Origin: an uncultured Candidatus Saccharibacteria bacterium
GTDB lineage: Bacteria > Patescibacteriota > Saccharimonadia > CAZBQI01
Length of the DNA stretch: 64,000 bases
Direction of reading: 5' to 3'
Assembly (NCBI GenBank): GCA_964494105.1
Contig: CAZBQI010000001.1
Location: 67,126 to 131,125, forward strand
Positions 10,323-19,780 of the stretch are shown in pieces (positions within the stretch are counted from its first letter, which is position 1; the number at the start of each line of letters is the position of its first letter). The translations under genes were made by a program, and so were the position numbers. The notes under the pieces are model-generated. The model saw nothing but the letters and a program-made list of their open reading frames with translations. It was not told where the DNA came from and did no database searches.

Positions 10323-10994
10323 ATGGAACAGACGCCTAGAGAGCAACAGCCCGTAAAACAGAAAAGCAAATTTTCACCAACTCTAAATGTAATACTAATG
10401 GGGATATTAACGCTTGTATTGGCTATTGCTGCCGGCTATTTCTATTTGGAGTATAAGAAAATCAAAGAAAACCCACAGATTGTTACCAAGCAAGAAACTG
10501 AAGCATTGGTAGAGCAAGCAAACAAACTCATTGATTTGCCAAAAGACGAAACACCTCAGGTTGCAACCGTGCTAGATAAAGAAAAGCTCAAGGATCAGCC
10601 GTTTTTTGCTAATGCTCAAAATGGCGATAAAATACTGATTTATACCAAGGCCAAAAAAGCGGTAATTATACGACCGAAAGAAAATCGCCTGATTAATGTG
10701 GGGCCGATTGCTATTGATCAGAAAGCGCTAGTATCTGTTGCGCTGGTAAACGCCGGCGGAGACGTGGCAAAGGCCGAAAAGTCGATAAACGATGCCCTCA
10801 ACGCATCAGTTAGCATTAGTGGTAAGTCAAACGCCAAAACCAAGAATGTTAAGCAAATGATTGTAGTTGATGTTAGTGGCCAAAACGCCGAAGCTGCCGA
10901 ACAGATAGCCAGCGCAGTAGGTGGTGGCGTAGGTGCACTACCAAGTGGCGAAAGTGCCCCAGACGGCGCAGCCATTGTTGTATTCGTTAAGTAA
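10323..10994 (+). CDS. Membrane-anchored protein with probable LytR C-terminal-like domain
   Basis: N-terminal TM; LPKDETPQVATV...FFANAQNGD; C-terminal VALVNAG...AAIVVFV. Confidence 0.6.
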   Translation: MEQTPREQQPVKQKSKFSPTLNVILMGILTLVLAIAAGYFYLEYKKIKENPQIVTKQETEALVEQANKLIDLPKDETPQVATVLDKEKLKDQPFFANAQNGDKILIYTKAKKAVIIRPKENRLINVGPIAIDQKALVSVALVNAGGDVAKAEKSINDALNASVSISGKSNAKTKNVKQMIVVDVSGQNAEAAEQIASAVGGGVGALPSGESAPDGAAIVVFVK

Positions 10995-11014
10995 AACATA
11001 CCACTATAATTTAT

Positions 11015-11043
11015 TTGACGAACAGCCTTTCTACCTCTATTAT
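11015..11043 (+). promoter_or_regulatory. Sigma70-type promoter upstream of the receiver/fibre gene pair
   Basis: TTGACG-17 bp-TATTAT. Confidence 0.6.
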
Positions 11044-11076
11044 ATAAGCATAAGTTAAGTGTGAGAAACCAAACAA

Positions 11077-11451
11077 ATGGCTGTGGGAAAAAAAATACTT
11101 ATTATTGAAGACGAAGTGTCTTTGCTGAATCCTTTGTTACAGAAGTTTAAAGATAAAGATTTTGATGTACATGGCGAAAAGAACGGTCGAGACGGACTGA
11201 AGAAGGTAAAAGCACTAAAGCCAGACATGGTTTTATTGGACTTAGTAATGCCCGAAATGGACGGCTTAACAATGCTACAGGCGCTACGCTCTGATTCTGC
11301 AATTAAAAACACTAAGGTCATTGTGTTAAGTAATCTAAGTGATGTCGAAAAAGCCAGCAAAGCAGCTGCGCTTGGTGCACTAGACTACATAGTGAAATCC
11401 GATTGGAAAATTAACGATATTGTTAAGCGAGTATCAGAAAAGCTGGCTTAG
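11077..11451 (+). CDS. Single-domain response regulator (receiver only)
   Basis: KILIIEDE, PDMVLLDLVMPEMDG, YIVKS. Confidence 0.92.
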   Translation: MAVGKKILIIEDEVSLLNPLLQKFKDKDFDVHGEKNGRDGLKKVKALKPDMVLLDLVMPEMDGLTMLQALRSDSAIKNTKVIVLSNLSDVEKASKAAALGALDYIVKSDWKINDIVKRVSEKLA

Positions 11452-11453
11452 AC

Positions 11454-14400
11454 ATGTCTAAGCCAAAACAATCAAACGCGCCCAAGAGCAATCTTAAAGT
11501 TCCTGATAATTCGCCGGTTACAGGGGCCGATTATTCAAATGCGGTCGGGACGCTACTATTAGAGAATTCAAAAAACAGCGCTCGTTTGCGACGTTGGGGT
11601 CTTTTAATGCTAGGGCTTCAGCTCGCCGGAGCAGCCCTACTAATAGTTACTGGATTGTCGTTCTTTAATACCTACTACAGCCAAAAGAATATCGAAAAAA
11701 TAAAGAAAGACCCACTTGGCGAAGTAAAGATAGATTTCCAAGACATTGCCAAAGGATCGATTGGGTTTGATCAGCTTGATCCAGGCGTTATTACCAAAAT
11801 TGAACAGATAGATCGCACTCTTTTAGGTCAGCAAGGTAAGGTTGGCCCCCAGGGGCCGGCCGGCTCGACAACCGGTTCGGTGATTAGTGTTGGGTCAGGC
11901 GCCGGCCTTACCGGTGGCACAATAACATCGCGCGGCACATTAGCAATTAGCGCACCAACCTGCGCCGCTAATGAACGGCTTAGCTGGACTGGCACGGCAT
12001 TTGCCTGCCAAGCTGTTGCCTCCGGCACTGCCTCCGGCACCAGCCCGATTGTGTTCGATAGCAACACTGGCGATATAAGTTGCCCCACGTGCCTGACTAC
12101 AGTTGGTATTGCGTTTTCGGCAGCAGCCGATAGTGGTACAGACCAAAATTTGAATATTGGCGATACCCTAAGCTTAATTGGTGGTAACGGTATTTCTACC
12201 GCTGCGTCACTTAGCAATAACATCACCTTTAGCCTTGTCGATACTGCCGTCACGCCCGGTTTCTATGGTACCACCAGCTCTGTACCGTCGTTTACCGTTG
12301 ATGCCCAAGGCCGAATAACTGCTGCCAGTGATACGGCGATTAGTATTAATGCCAGTGCTATTTCTGCGGGAACTCTATCTGTTACCCGTGGTGGTACCGG
12401 TGTCGATGGCTCAGGTGCTACCAATGGCCAGCTCCTGATTGGTAACGGCAGTGGTTACAGTTTAGCTAATCTTACGGCTACCGGTCCTTTGGGCGTTACC
12501 AATGGTGCCGGCACCATAAACCTCACTTGTGCAACTTGTGTTACGACCAGTGGTAACGGTGCCATTACCAGTTCTGGTGGCGATGTCACATTAAGCGGTA
12601 CTACAACTGGCCGGTTAATTGGCTCGGGCAATGTTAACTTTGATCTATCTTCTACCGGAGTGGTGGGTGCTACCTACGGTTCAGCCAGTTCAGTACCCGT
12701 CTTTACAGTTGATGGTAAGGGCCGCATTACTTCAGCCAGTAATACGGCGATTGCTGGTTTAACTAGTTCTAATTTATCGGGCAGTGCTGCCATCACTAAT
12801 GCCCAGTTACAAAATAGCGTTATCACCTTTAATTCGGGTAACGGCTTAACTGGTGGCGGGGCGGTGTCGCTTGGCGGCAGTACTAGCTTGGCCATTAGTG
12901 CGCCTACTTGTCTTTCAAACGAACGGCTTAGTTGGAGCGGGTCGGCCTTTACCTGCGCAACCGTTGCTGCAGGCGGTAGCCAGGCGGCGAACACCTTTTT
13001 TGCTGGGCCGAGCTCCGGCGGTGCGGCGGCGCCTGGTTTTCGCGGAATTGTTGCAGCCGATTTAGGTACCGGCACAGCTAATTCGCAATCCGTTTTGGCC
13101 GGTAACCAAACTTGGCTGCCATTGCTTGATGGCGGCGGCAAGATTTTAACCAGCCTATTGCCTGCCAGTGGTTTAAATTATCAAGGATCTTGGAACGCTA
13201 ATACCAATACGCCAAGCTTAAGTAGTAGTGGCGGCGGTGGCGTACAGGGCGATTTTTATATTATTGACGTGGCAGGAACAACCTCGATTGATGGTAATAG
13301 CACGTGGAACGTTGGCGACTGGATTCTAAATAATGGCGCAACATGGGATCGGATATCAAATACAAATGCGGTTAGTAGTGTTAATGGTCAAACTGGCGCG
13401 GTAGTACTAGATAGTGATGATGTATCGGAAGGCGTCAGTAACTTGTACTTTACCAATGCTCGTGCCCGCGGGGCACTATCCGGCACCGGGCCGATTAGTT
13501 ACAATTCCGGCACTGGAGTAATTGATTGCCCAACCTGTGTTACCACTAGTGGTAACGGGGATATTGTTTCCGGTACAGGCCTATCAATATCTGGCACAAC
13601 TACTGGACGACTCATTGGTACTGGCAATGTGACTTTTGGCTTGTCGACGGCTGTACCAACAAGTGTAGTAAACGACACCAACGTTACGGGCTCGATTTCG
13701 GCTAATGCTTTGACGCTGGGTTGGACTGGTCAACTATCAACAGCCCGTGGTGGTACCGGTGTCGATGGCTCAGGTGCTACCAATGGCCAGCTCCTGATTG
13801 GTAACGGCAGTGGTTACAGTTTAGCTAATCTTACGGCTACCGGTCCTTTGGGCGTTACCAATGGTGCCGGCACCATAAACCTCACTTGTGCAACTTGTGT
13901 TACGACCAGTGGTAACGGTGCCATTACCAGTTCTGGTGGCGATGTCACATTAAGCGGTACTACAACTGGCCGGTTAATTGGCTCGGGCAATGTTAACTTT
14001 GATCTATCTTCTACCGGAGTGGTGGGTGCTACCTACGGTTCAGCCAGTTCAGTACCCGTCTTTACAGTTGATGGTAAGGGCCGCATTACTTCAGCCTCCA
14101 ACACCGCCATTGCCCTAAACGCCTCTGCCATTACCGCCGGTACCCTCAGTGTTACCCGTGGCGGTACCGGAGTAGATGGTTCCGGCGCCACCAACGGCCA
14201 GCTGTTGATCGGTAACGGTACGGGGTACTCTTTGGCCACGCTAGCCTCATCCGGGCCTATTGGTATTACTAACTCCGCTGGTGGCATTAGTATTGGTTGT
14301 GCAACCTGCCTAACAACCGGTACAACCTTATTTACCGCGGCTGGTGATGTTGGTGTAAACCAAAGCGTGACCCAGGGCCAAACCATTACCTTTATTGGTG

Positions 14401-16385
14401 GCGTTGGTTTAACCACTACAGGTTCTGCTACCCGAAATATGACAATAGATTTGGATAATACCGCCGTCACCCCCGGTTCCTATGGTACTGCTAGTTCAGT
14501 AGGCTCATTTACTGTAGATGCGCAGGGACGAATTATCGCTGCTAGCAACTCATCGATATCTATCAACGCCAGCGCAATTACAGCCGGCACCGGGTCGGTA
14601 TCATTCACTTCTGCAACATCCAATGCAATTTCGCTCGACTCTGGAACAACCGGCGGGATAAATATTGGAACAGGTGCGAACTCGAAGACCATTACCATCG
14701 GTAACACTACCGGTACAACCGGTATTAACATCGACTCCGGTAGCGGTAACATTAATTTGCGTCCTGGTGGTTCCGGGACAACCGCTAATGTCCAAATAGG
14801 TGCTGGCGGGGCTGGCTCGACAACGCCCGATTTATTGGTGCTTGATAGAAAAAGTAGTGCCGGTGACCCTGCCGGTACCAACGGTGCAATGTATTATAAT
14901 GCTAGCTCAAATAAATTCCGTTGTTTCGAAAACTCCACCTGGAGGGACTGTATCAAGGGGTCAATAAACCTTGGTCATGCGGCCACCTACGACACGAACG
15001 AAGCCCTTACTAATGTGGCAGCTTCTCAGGTGACTCTCGGTACGGTATCTGTTACGCCAGCATCGGATACTGGTGATGTCTATGTAACTGGCAACGCGGA
15101 TGTCTATAGTAGCAACAATACCGACCAAACATTTGTATTTACCATAGAAACCGGGTCAACTTGTACCGGTACGACTGTGGCGACAAGGTCATATACAATT
15201 ACTGCATCGAACTCCGCAACGGTAGGCCGTGGCTCACTTGTAGTAAGTGGTATTGTCTCTGACCCCGGTGAGTCTTCGCAGGCATATTCACTCTGCGCAT
15301 CAACTGCAACAGGTGATACCGATGTTCTGAACTGGCGTATCGAAGCATTGGTTATTGAATCAGCAGGTGCTGATGTTGCGGAGATGTATTATACGCACGA
15401 TGATGCCCGGCCCGGCGAAGTTGTAAGTATTGACGGCAGTATGAAGGCTGGTGTTCGTAGATCAAACGGCTCGTACGATCCTATGGTGTTGGGTATTATA
15501 AGCACAAAGCCAGGGTACGTTCTTGCTGATGCTGAGGGGGTCGACCCTACGGCTAGGCCGGTTATACTGGCTCTTGCCGGTCGTGTTCCAGTCAAAGTTT
15601 CGGACGAAAATGGGCCAATAAAGGCTGGCGATGCGCTGACACCATCGTCGATACCGGGCGTGGCTATGAAAGCTACCCAAAACGGCTGGGTACTTGGCGT
15701 AGCCATAGAAGACCAAAAGCCAGGAGCGGGCACCTTGATGACTTTTGTGAATAGATCTTGGTATACAGGGGGCAGTAATAACCCCCCCTCACTGACCGGT
15801 ATGAGTTTAGGCGATGCAGATTTACCTGGCATAAAATCAGCCCAATCCGAAGGTGTAAAGAACGGCTTGCAATCAGAAAATCCGGAGTTGGTTGCTCAAG
15901 CTTTGGGCATTTTAAATGATATTCAAAATACGGTGGTAACCCAGCAAACCCAGCTCAACGCACTTGAAGCTAATCAAGCCAAAGCCAGCTCGAATTCACA
16001 GCAGATTAACCAAGCGATATTTAATGGCGGTATTGTGGCCGGCGATGTAGAGTTCCAAGGCAACGCCACCTTTAATGCTATCGCCACATTCAAGGGTCAG
16101 AGTGTCTTTAAGGGGGGTGCTATATTTGAAGGAGACGTAGCAATTAATGGGCGCGTGAAGTTCGGTGCTAATGGATCGGGCGTGGCAACTGTACCAGCCG
16201 GCGCCACGAGCGTTACAGTTAGCTTTACTAGCCCGTATGACGGACGGCCAATTGTAAACTTAACTCCTATAGATTACGACGGGAAATTCAAACTTAGTGG
16301 CGCATCGGCCGGTGGCTTTACGATTGTACTAGATTCGCCCGTGCCAAGCCCGGTAGAGTTTAACTGGTTAGCGAGTGAAAATTAA
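11454..16385 (+). CDS. Giant membrane-anchored Gly/Ser/Thr-rich fibre/adhesin-like protein
   Basis: N-terminal TM, short collagen-like GQQGKVGPQGPAG, repeated TVDxxGRIT and GTLSVTRGGTG tail-fibre-like motifs, five CxxC repeats, C-terminal ADVAEMY...GRVPVKV...IKAGD region resembling peptidase G2/intramolecular-chaperone domains. Confidence 0.75.
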   Translation: MSKPKQSNAPKSNLKVPDNSPVTGADYSNAVGTLLLENSKNSARLRRWGLLMLGLQLAGAALLIVTGLSFFNTYYSQKNIEKIKKDPLGEVKIDFQDIAKGSIGFDQLDPGVITKIEQIDRTLLGQQGKVGPQGPAGSTTGSVISVGSGAGLTGGTITSRGTLAISAPTCAANERLSWTGTAFACQAVASGTASGTSPIVFDSNTGDISCPTCLTTVGIAFSAAADSGTDQNLNIGDTLSLIGGNGISTAASLSNNITFSLVDTAVTPGFYGTTSSVPSFTVDAQGRITAASDTAISINASAISAGTLSVTRGGTGVDGSGATNGQLLIGNGSGYSLANLTATGPLGVTNGAGTINLTCATCVTTSGNGAITSSGGDVTLSGTTTGRLIGSGNVNFDLSSTGVVGATYGSASSVPVFTVDGKGRITSASNTAIAGLTSSNLSGSAAITNAQLQNSVITFNSGNGLTGGGAVSLGGSTSLAISAPTCLSNERLSWSGSAFTCATVAAGGSQAANTFFAGPSSGGAAAPGFRGIVAADLGTGTANSQSVLAGNQTWLPLLDGGGKILTSLLPASGLNYQGSWNANTNTPSLSSSGGGGVQGDFYIIDVAGTTSIDGNSTWNVGDWILNNGATWDRISNTNAVSSVNGQTGAVVLDSDDVSEGVSNLYFTNARARGALSGTGPISYNSGTGVIDCPTCVTTSGNGDIVSGTGLSISGTTTGRLIGTGNVTFGLSTAVPTSVVNDTNVTGSISANALTLGWTGQLSTARGGTGVDGSGATNGQLLIGNGSGYSLANLTATGPLGVTNGAGTINLTCATCVTTSGNGAITSSGGDVTLSGTTTGRLIGSGNVNFDLSSTGVVGATYGSASSVPVFTVDGKGRITSASNTAIALNASAITAGTLSVTRGGTGVDGSGATNGQLLIGNGTGYSLATLASSGPIGITNSAGGISIGCATCLTTGTTLFTAAGDVGVNQSVTQGQTITFIGGVGLTTTGSATRNMTIDLDNTAVTPGSYGTASSVGSFTVDAQGRIIAASNSSISINASAITAGTGSVSFTSATSNAISLDSGTTGGINIGTGANSKTITIGNTTGTTGINIDSGSGNINLRPGGSGTTANVQIGAGGAGSTTPDLLVLDRKSSAGDPAGTNGAMYYNASSNKFRCFENSTWRDCIKGSINLGHAATYDTNEALTNVAASQVTLGTVSVTPASDTGDVYVTGNADVYSSNNTDQTFVFTIETGSTCTGTTVATRSYTITASNSATVGRGSLVVSGIVSDPGESSQAYSLCASTATGDTDVLNWRIEALVIESAGADVAEMYYTHDDARPGEVVSIDGSMKAGVRRSNGSYDPMVLGIISTKPGYVLADAEGVDPTARPVILALAGRVPVKVSDENGPIKAGDALTPSSIPGVAMKATQNGWVLGVAIEDQKPGAGTLMTFVNRSWYTGGSNNPPSLTGMSLGDADLPGIKSAQSEGVKNGLQSENPELVAQALGILNDIQNTVVTQQTQLNALEANQAKASSNSQQINQAIFNGGIVAGDVEFQGNATFNAIATFKGQSVFKGGAIFEGDVAINGRVKFGANGSGVATVPAGATSVTVSFTSPYDGRPIVNLTPIDYDGKFKLSGASAGGFTIVLDSPVPSPVEFNWLASEN
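12385..12737 (+). repeat. 353-bp direct repeat, copy 1 (in frame within the fibre gene)
   Basis: Identical by manual comparison to 13744-14096; offset 1359 bp = 453 codons. Confidence 0.95.
13744..14096 (+). repeat. 353-bp direct repeat, copy 2
   Basis: Identical to 12385-12737. Confidence 0.95.
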
Positions 16386-16457
16386 CGTGGTTTTCAAGGC
16401 GGAATTTGCTAGACTCAATGAAGTAAACTACAAAGCCAAATTGAAGACGGAATATAT

Positions 16458-18830
16458 ATGAAACAGAGAACATCTTGGGCACACCCTGTTAAGAGATTGC
16501 CATTTTCTAATCGCTTAAATCTATTAGAATTTGACAACAAGGTTGTAGCAGCCGAATTTTTGCGTAAAAAGAAAATTGGCCAAAACACCTACGAATTTAA
16601 ATTTGCATTGCATCGTAGCATTAAATATGTGCCTGGCCAATATGTTTGGCTTAATCTGCCGCAATTGCGGGCAACAGATAAGAAAGGCGCACGGCGAGCA
16701 ATGTCTATCGTGTATGTGGGGGCTGGCAATAAAGAGATTTCTATCGCAATGAGAATAAGCGATAGTAGTTTCAAGAAAGCTGCATTGCGGCTTACTTCGG
16801 GACAACAGGTAGAAATTATCGGGCCTAATGGTTCTTCTTTTTGCTTGCCGGAAAATGGAAAACAATCAGTTGTGCTTATTGCTGGCGGCACAGGTATTGC
16901 TCCGTTTGTAAACTTAGTACAAAATGAAGAATATAAAAAATCGAAAAGGACAATTCACCTTTTCTATACAGATGAGGGTGGCAATAGTGCGCCATATTTA
17001 GGTTTACTTAACAAAATAAAGTTAAACAACTATCACTTAAAATTTAGCCAAGTGCCTTTTGCTGAAAATGATTTTGCAGGAATTCATGAGTCGATGCGAG
17101 CAATATATTATCTAAGCGGACCTCAGAAATTTGTTGATTTCTACTACCGATTACTTAGCGGTATGGGAATTGCAAAATCAAGCATGAGGTTTGAAAATTT
17201 CTACCCAAGTAATGATGTTGTAGAGCTTATGCAACAGCTGTTTCGCGATGGCGATGCAATAAAACCCGTACCTGGAGATACCAAATTAGCCATTCAGCGG
17301 CGCGATATTTTGCTATCGGCAATACAAAGCTCATCACACCACATAGTCATCACTGACATTAATGGCGTTATTGTACTGGCAAACAAAGCTGCAGAAAGAA
17401 TAACAGGTTTTAGTTTTTACGAAATGGAAGGGCAAACACCACGCCTGTGGGGAGGGCTAATGCCTGTAAATTTCTATTCCAAACTATGGAACAGTAAGCT
17501 ACACGGGCTAACAATTGACGAAGAGATTGTTAACCGGCGTAAAGACGGATCGCTTTACTTGGTTATGTCGCACATTTCACCGATAAAAAATAAGCATGGC
17601 AAGGCGATAGGGTTTATTGGCACTGAAGAGGACATTACCCTGAACCGTCAAAAAGAAATCGAATCAAACACCATAGCTGAACAACTGGAGTCGACATTAT
17701 TAGGGATTGCCGAAGGTCTAATAATCACTGACGGTAAAGGAAGAATACAGCGGGTAAATGCAGCAGCTTGTAGCATGTTAGGTTATAGCCAAAAAGAGCT
17801 AGTTGGTAAAAATGCGAATGATGCTATTGAAATGCTTGATTCGAAAGAAGTCCCGATACCAAAAAATGAACGGATCACCAGCAGAGTAATCTCAAGTTCG
17901 GCGCCAGTAGTAACTGAAGATATTGCAAACAGCATATATTACCGAAAAAAGGACGGAACTAAGTTTCCCGTATATGTTGCGGCTTCACCAGTAATAGAAA
18001 ACAGTCGAATGGTTGGTTCTGTAGAAATATTTAGAGACATAAGTCGAGATAAAGAAATTGACATTGCAAAATCAGAGTTCGTATCTTTAGCTTCGCATCA
18101 GTTGCGTACTCCACTCTCGGCCATTAATTGGAATGCGGAACTCTTAATGGGAGGAGATGCGGGTAAGTTAACCGCTGACCAAGCGAACTTCGTAAAGGAA
18201 ATTTACAGTAGTAGTCAAAGAATGGTGGATCTAGTCAGGTCATTACTAAACGTCTCTCGTATCGAGCTTGGTACACTTGGTTTTGATCCATCGCCACAAA
18301 ATGTAAACGAATTGATAAAGGCAATTATGGCAGACGAAAGACTGCTTCGTGATAAAGAAGAAATTTCAGTTAAACTCAATCTTTCAAAAATACCTAGGAT
18401 ACCTGTCGATCCAAGACTAGTTACGCTACTAGTGCAAAATCTTGGTAGTAATGCTATTAAGTACTCGAAACATGGTGGCGAAATTATTGTGACAAGTGAA
18501 TATCTGGCAAATCCTTCAAAAAGAAAGAATTTTAGAAAAAAAGGTATAAAAATCCCAAGTGTATATTTGTGTTTTAAAGATAGTGGTATTGGTATTCCAA
18601 AAGAACAGCAAAAAAATATATTTTCAAAAATGTTCCGAGCTGATAACGCCCAGGAGCAAGTAACTGATGGTAATGGTTTGGGCTTGTATATGGTTAAGGG
18701 GATTGTCGAGAGCATTGATGGCAAAATATGGTTTGAATCTAGCGTAAAAAATGGCACAAGTTTCCACGTATTATTGCCACTTGAAGGCTTGGCCAAAAAG
18801 GATTCAGGTATAAAACTACTTGATGTATAA
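16458..18830 (+). CDS. Soluble histidine kinase: FNR-like FAD/NAD(P)-binding module + 2 PAS + HisKA + HATPase
   Basis: YVPGQYV, RAMS, GPNG, LIAGGTGIAPF, YLSGP, FENF (FNR module); two ITD..G.I...N PAS repeats; ASHQLRTPL; NAIKYS, DSGIGIP, GNGLGL. Confidence 0.9.
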   Translation: MKQRTSWAHPVKRLPFSNRLNLLEFDNKVVAAEFLRKKKIGQNTYEFKFALHRSIKYVPGQYVWLNLPQLRATDKKGARRAMSIVYVGAGNKEISIAMRISDSSFKKAALRLTSGQQVEIIGPNGSSFCLPENGKQSVVLIAGGTGIAPFVNLVQNEEYKKSKRTIHLFYTDEGGNSAPYLGLLNKIKLNNYHLKFSQVPFAENDFAGIHESMRAIYYLSGPQKFVDFYYRLLSGMGIAKSSMRFENFYPSNDVVELMQQLFRDGDAIKPVPGDTKLAIQRRDILLSAIQSSSHHIVITDINGVIVLANKAAERITGFSFYEMEGQTPRLWGGLMPVNFYSKLWNSKLHGLTIDEEIVNRRKDGSLYLVMSHISPIKNKHGKAIGFIGTEEDITLNRQKEIESNTIAEQLESTLLGIAEGLIITDGKGRIQRVNAAACSMLGYSQKELVGKNANDAIEMLDSKEVPIPKNERITSRVISSSAPVVTEDIANSIYYRKKDGTKFPVYVAASPVIENSRMVGSVEIFRDISRDKEIDIAKSEFVSLASHQLRTPLSAINWNAELLMGGDAGKLTADQANFVKEIYSSSQRMVDLVRSLLNVSRIELGTLGFDPSPQNVNELIKAIMADERLLRDKEEISVKLNLSKIPRIPVDPRLVTLLVQNLGSNAIKYSKHGGEIIVTSEYLANPSKRKNFRKKGIKIPSVYLCFKDSGIGIPKEQQKNIFSKMFRADNAQEQVTDGNGLGLYMVKGIVESIDGKIWFESSVKNGTSFHVLLPLEGLAKKDSGIKLLDV

Positions 18831-18839
18831 TCGAAAACT

Positions 18840-19229
18840 ATGGATGCCAGGCTGAAAAGCACGATTCTTATTGTTGAAGACGAAATCCCTTTACAAAAAG
18901 TAGTTGGGTTTAAGCTCAAGAATGCCGGGTTTAATGTGATTTCTGCAAGGAAAGCCGAAGAGGCAATAAACTATATTAAGACTGCCGAATCAATTGACTT
19001 AGTTTGGCTAGACCATTACTTAATCGGTACGAAAACCGGATTAGATATTGTAAAAATAATCAAAAACAGCTCCGAGTTCAAACATATACCAATTTTTGTT
19101 GTAACCAATTCAGCTGACCTTAATAAGAAGCACGCATATATTAAATTTGGAATTGAAAAATATTTTATTAAATCAGACTTACGCCTAGATGAAGTAATAG
19201 ATGCTATTAAAGCCTCTCTAAAAGAATAG
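18840..19229 (+). CDS. Single-domain response regulator
   Basis: ILIVEDE, DLVWLDHYL, VVTNS, YFIKS. Confidence 0.9.
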   Translation: MDARLKSTILIVEDEIPLQKVVGFKLKNAGFNVISARKAEEAINYIKTAESIDLVWLDHYLIGTKTGLDIVKIIKNSSEFKHIPIFVVTNSADLNKKHAYIKFGIEKYFIKSDLRLDEVIDAIKASLKE

Positions 19230-19286
19230 GCTACTGCAAAGTGATGCGTAGGTGTAGAATAGGCATAAGCACTAAACGAGCCAATA

Positions 19287-19682
19287 ATGGAACCTAATGA
19301 CAAAGGCAAAAAGAAAATACTAGTTGTTGAGGATGATAAATCTGTAAATGCAGCGATGAGTGCCGGCCTGACAAACAATGGCTATTTAGTTACAGCAAAA
19401 ATGAATGGCGCTGAGGGAATAGAAGCTACAAATACTAATGATTTTGATGTAATTATTCTCGACCTTACTATGCCAAAGATGGACGGGCTTGATGTGCTAA
19501 AAACACTTAAAGCCAATCCCAAAACGAAGCAAATACCAGTTATTATCGCGACTAATAACACGCAAACTGAGCTGGTTTATGAATGTATTGCCGCCGGCGC
19601 GCGCGATTACTTTATAAAGTCTGACATTACACTCATACAGCTATGCGCAGCTATCGACAAAGCTTTAGCTAGCATTGAATAA
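19287..19682 (+). CDS. Single-domain response regulator
   Basis: ILVVEDD, DVIILDLTMPKMDG, YFIKS. Confidence 0.92.
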   Translation: MEPNDKGKKKILVVEDDKSVNAAMSAGLTNNGYLVTAKMNGAEGIEATNTNDFDVIILDLTMPKMDGLDVLKTLKANPKTKQIPVIIATNNTQTELVYECIAAGARDYFIKSDITLIQLCAAIDKALASIE

Positions 19683-19780
19683 ATAAGCTATTGCATCATT
19701 TAACGAAATCGCTTGGCGCTCAAAAGTTTATATTAATATGGTAATGCCTTGCGTATGCTATACCAGAAAGTGATAAAAAA

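Noticed and set aside
12385-14096. Repeat pair as a diversity-generating retroelement TR/VR
   Set aside because: Copies are identical with no adenine-specific mismatches, both are in frame mid-gene, and no reverse transcriptase is in the window.
11828-15832. Several long antisense ORFs within the fibre gene
   Set aside because: Expected shadow frames of Gly/Thr/Ser/Ala-rich codons; no recognisable motifs.
11454-16385. Prophage suggested by the tail-fibre-like gene
   Set aside because: No capsid, terminase, portal or integrase genes; the protein has a TM anchor and is flanked by two-component genes.
18215-18919. 234-aa antisense ORF
   Set aside because: Lies opposite the conserved HATPase and receiver coding regions; shadow ORF.
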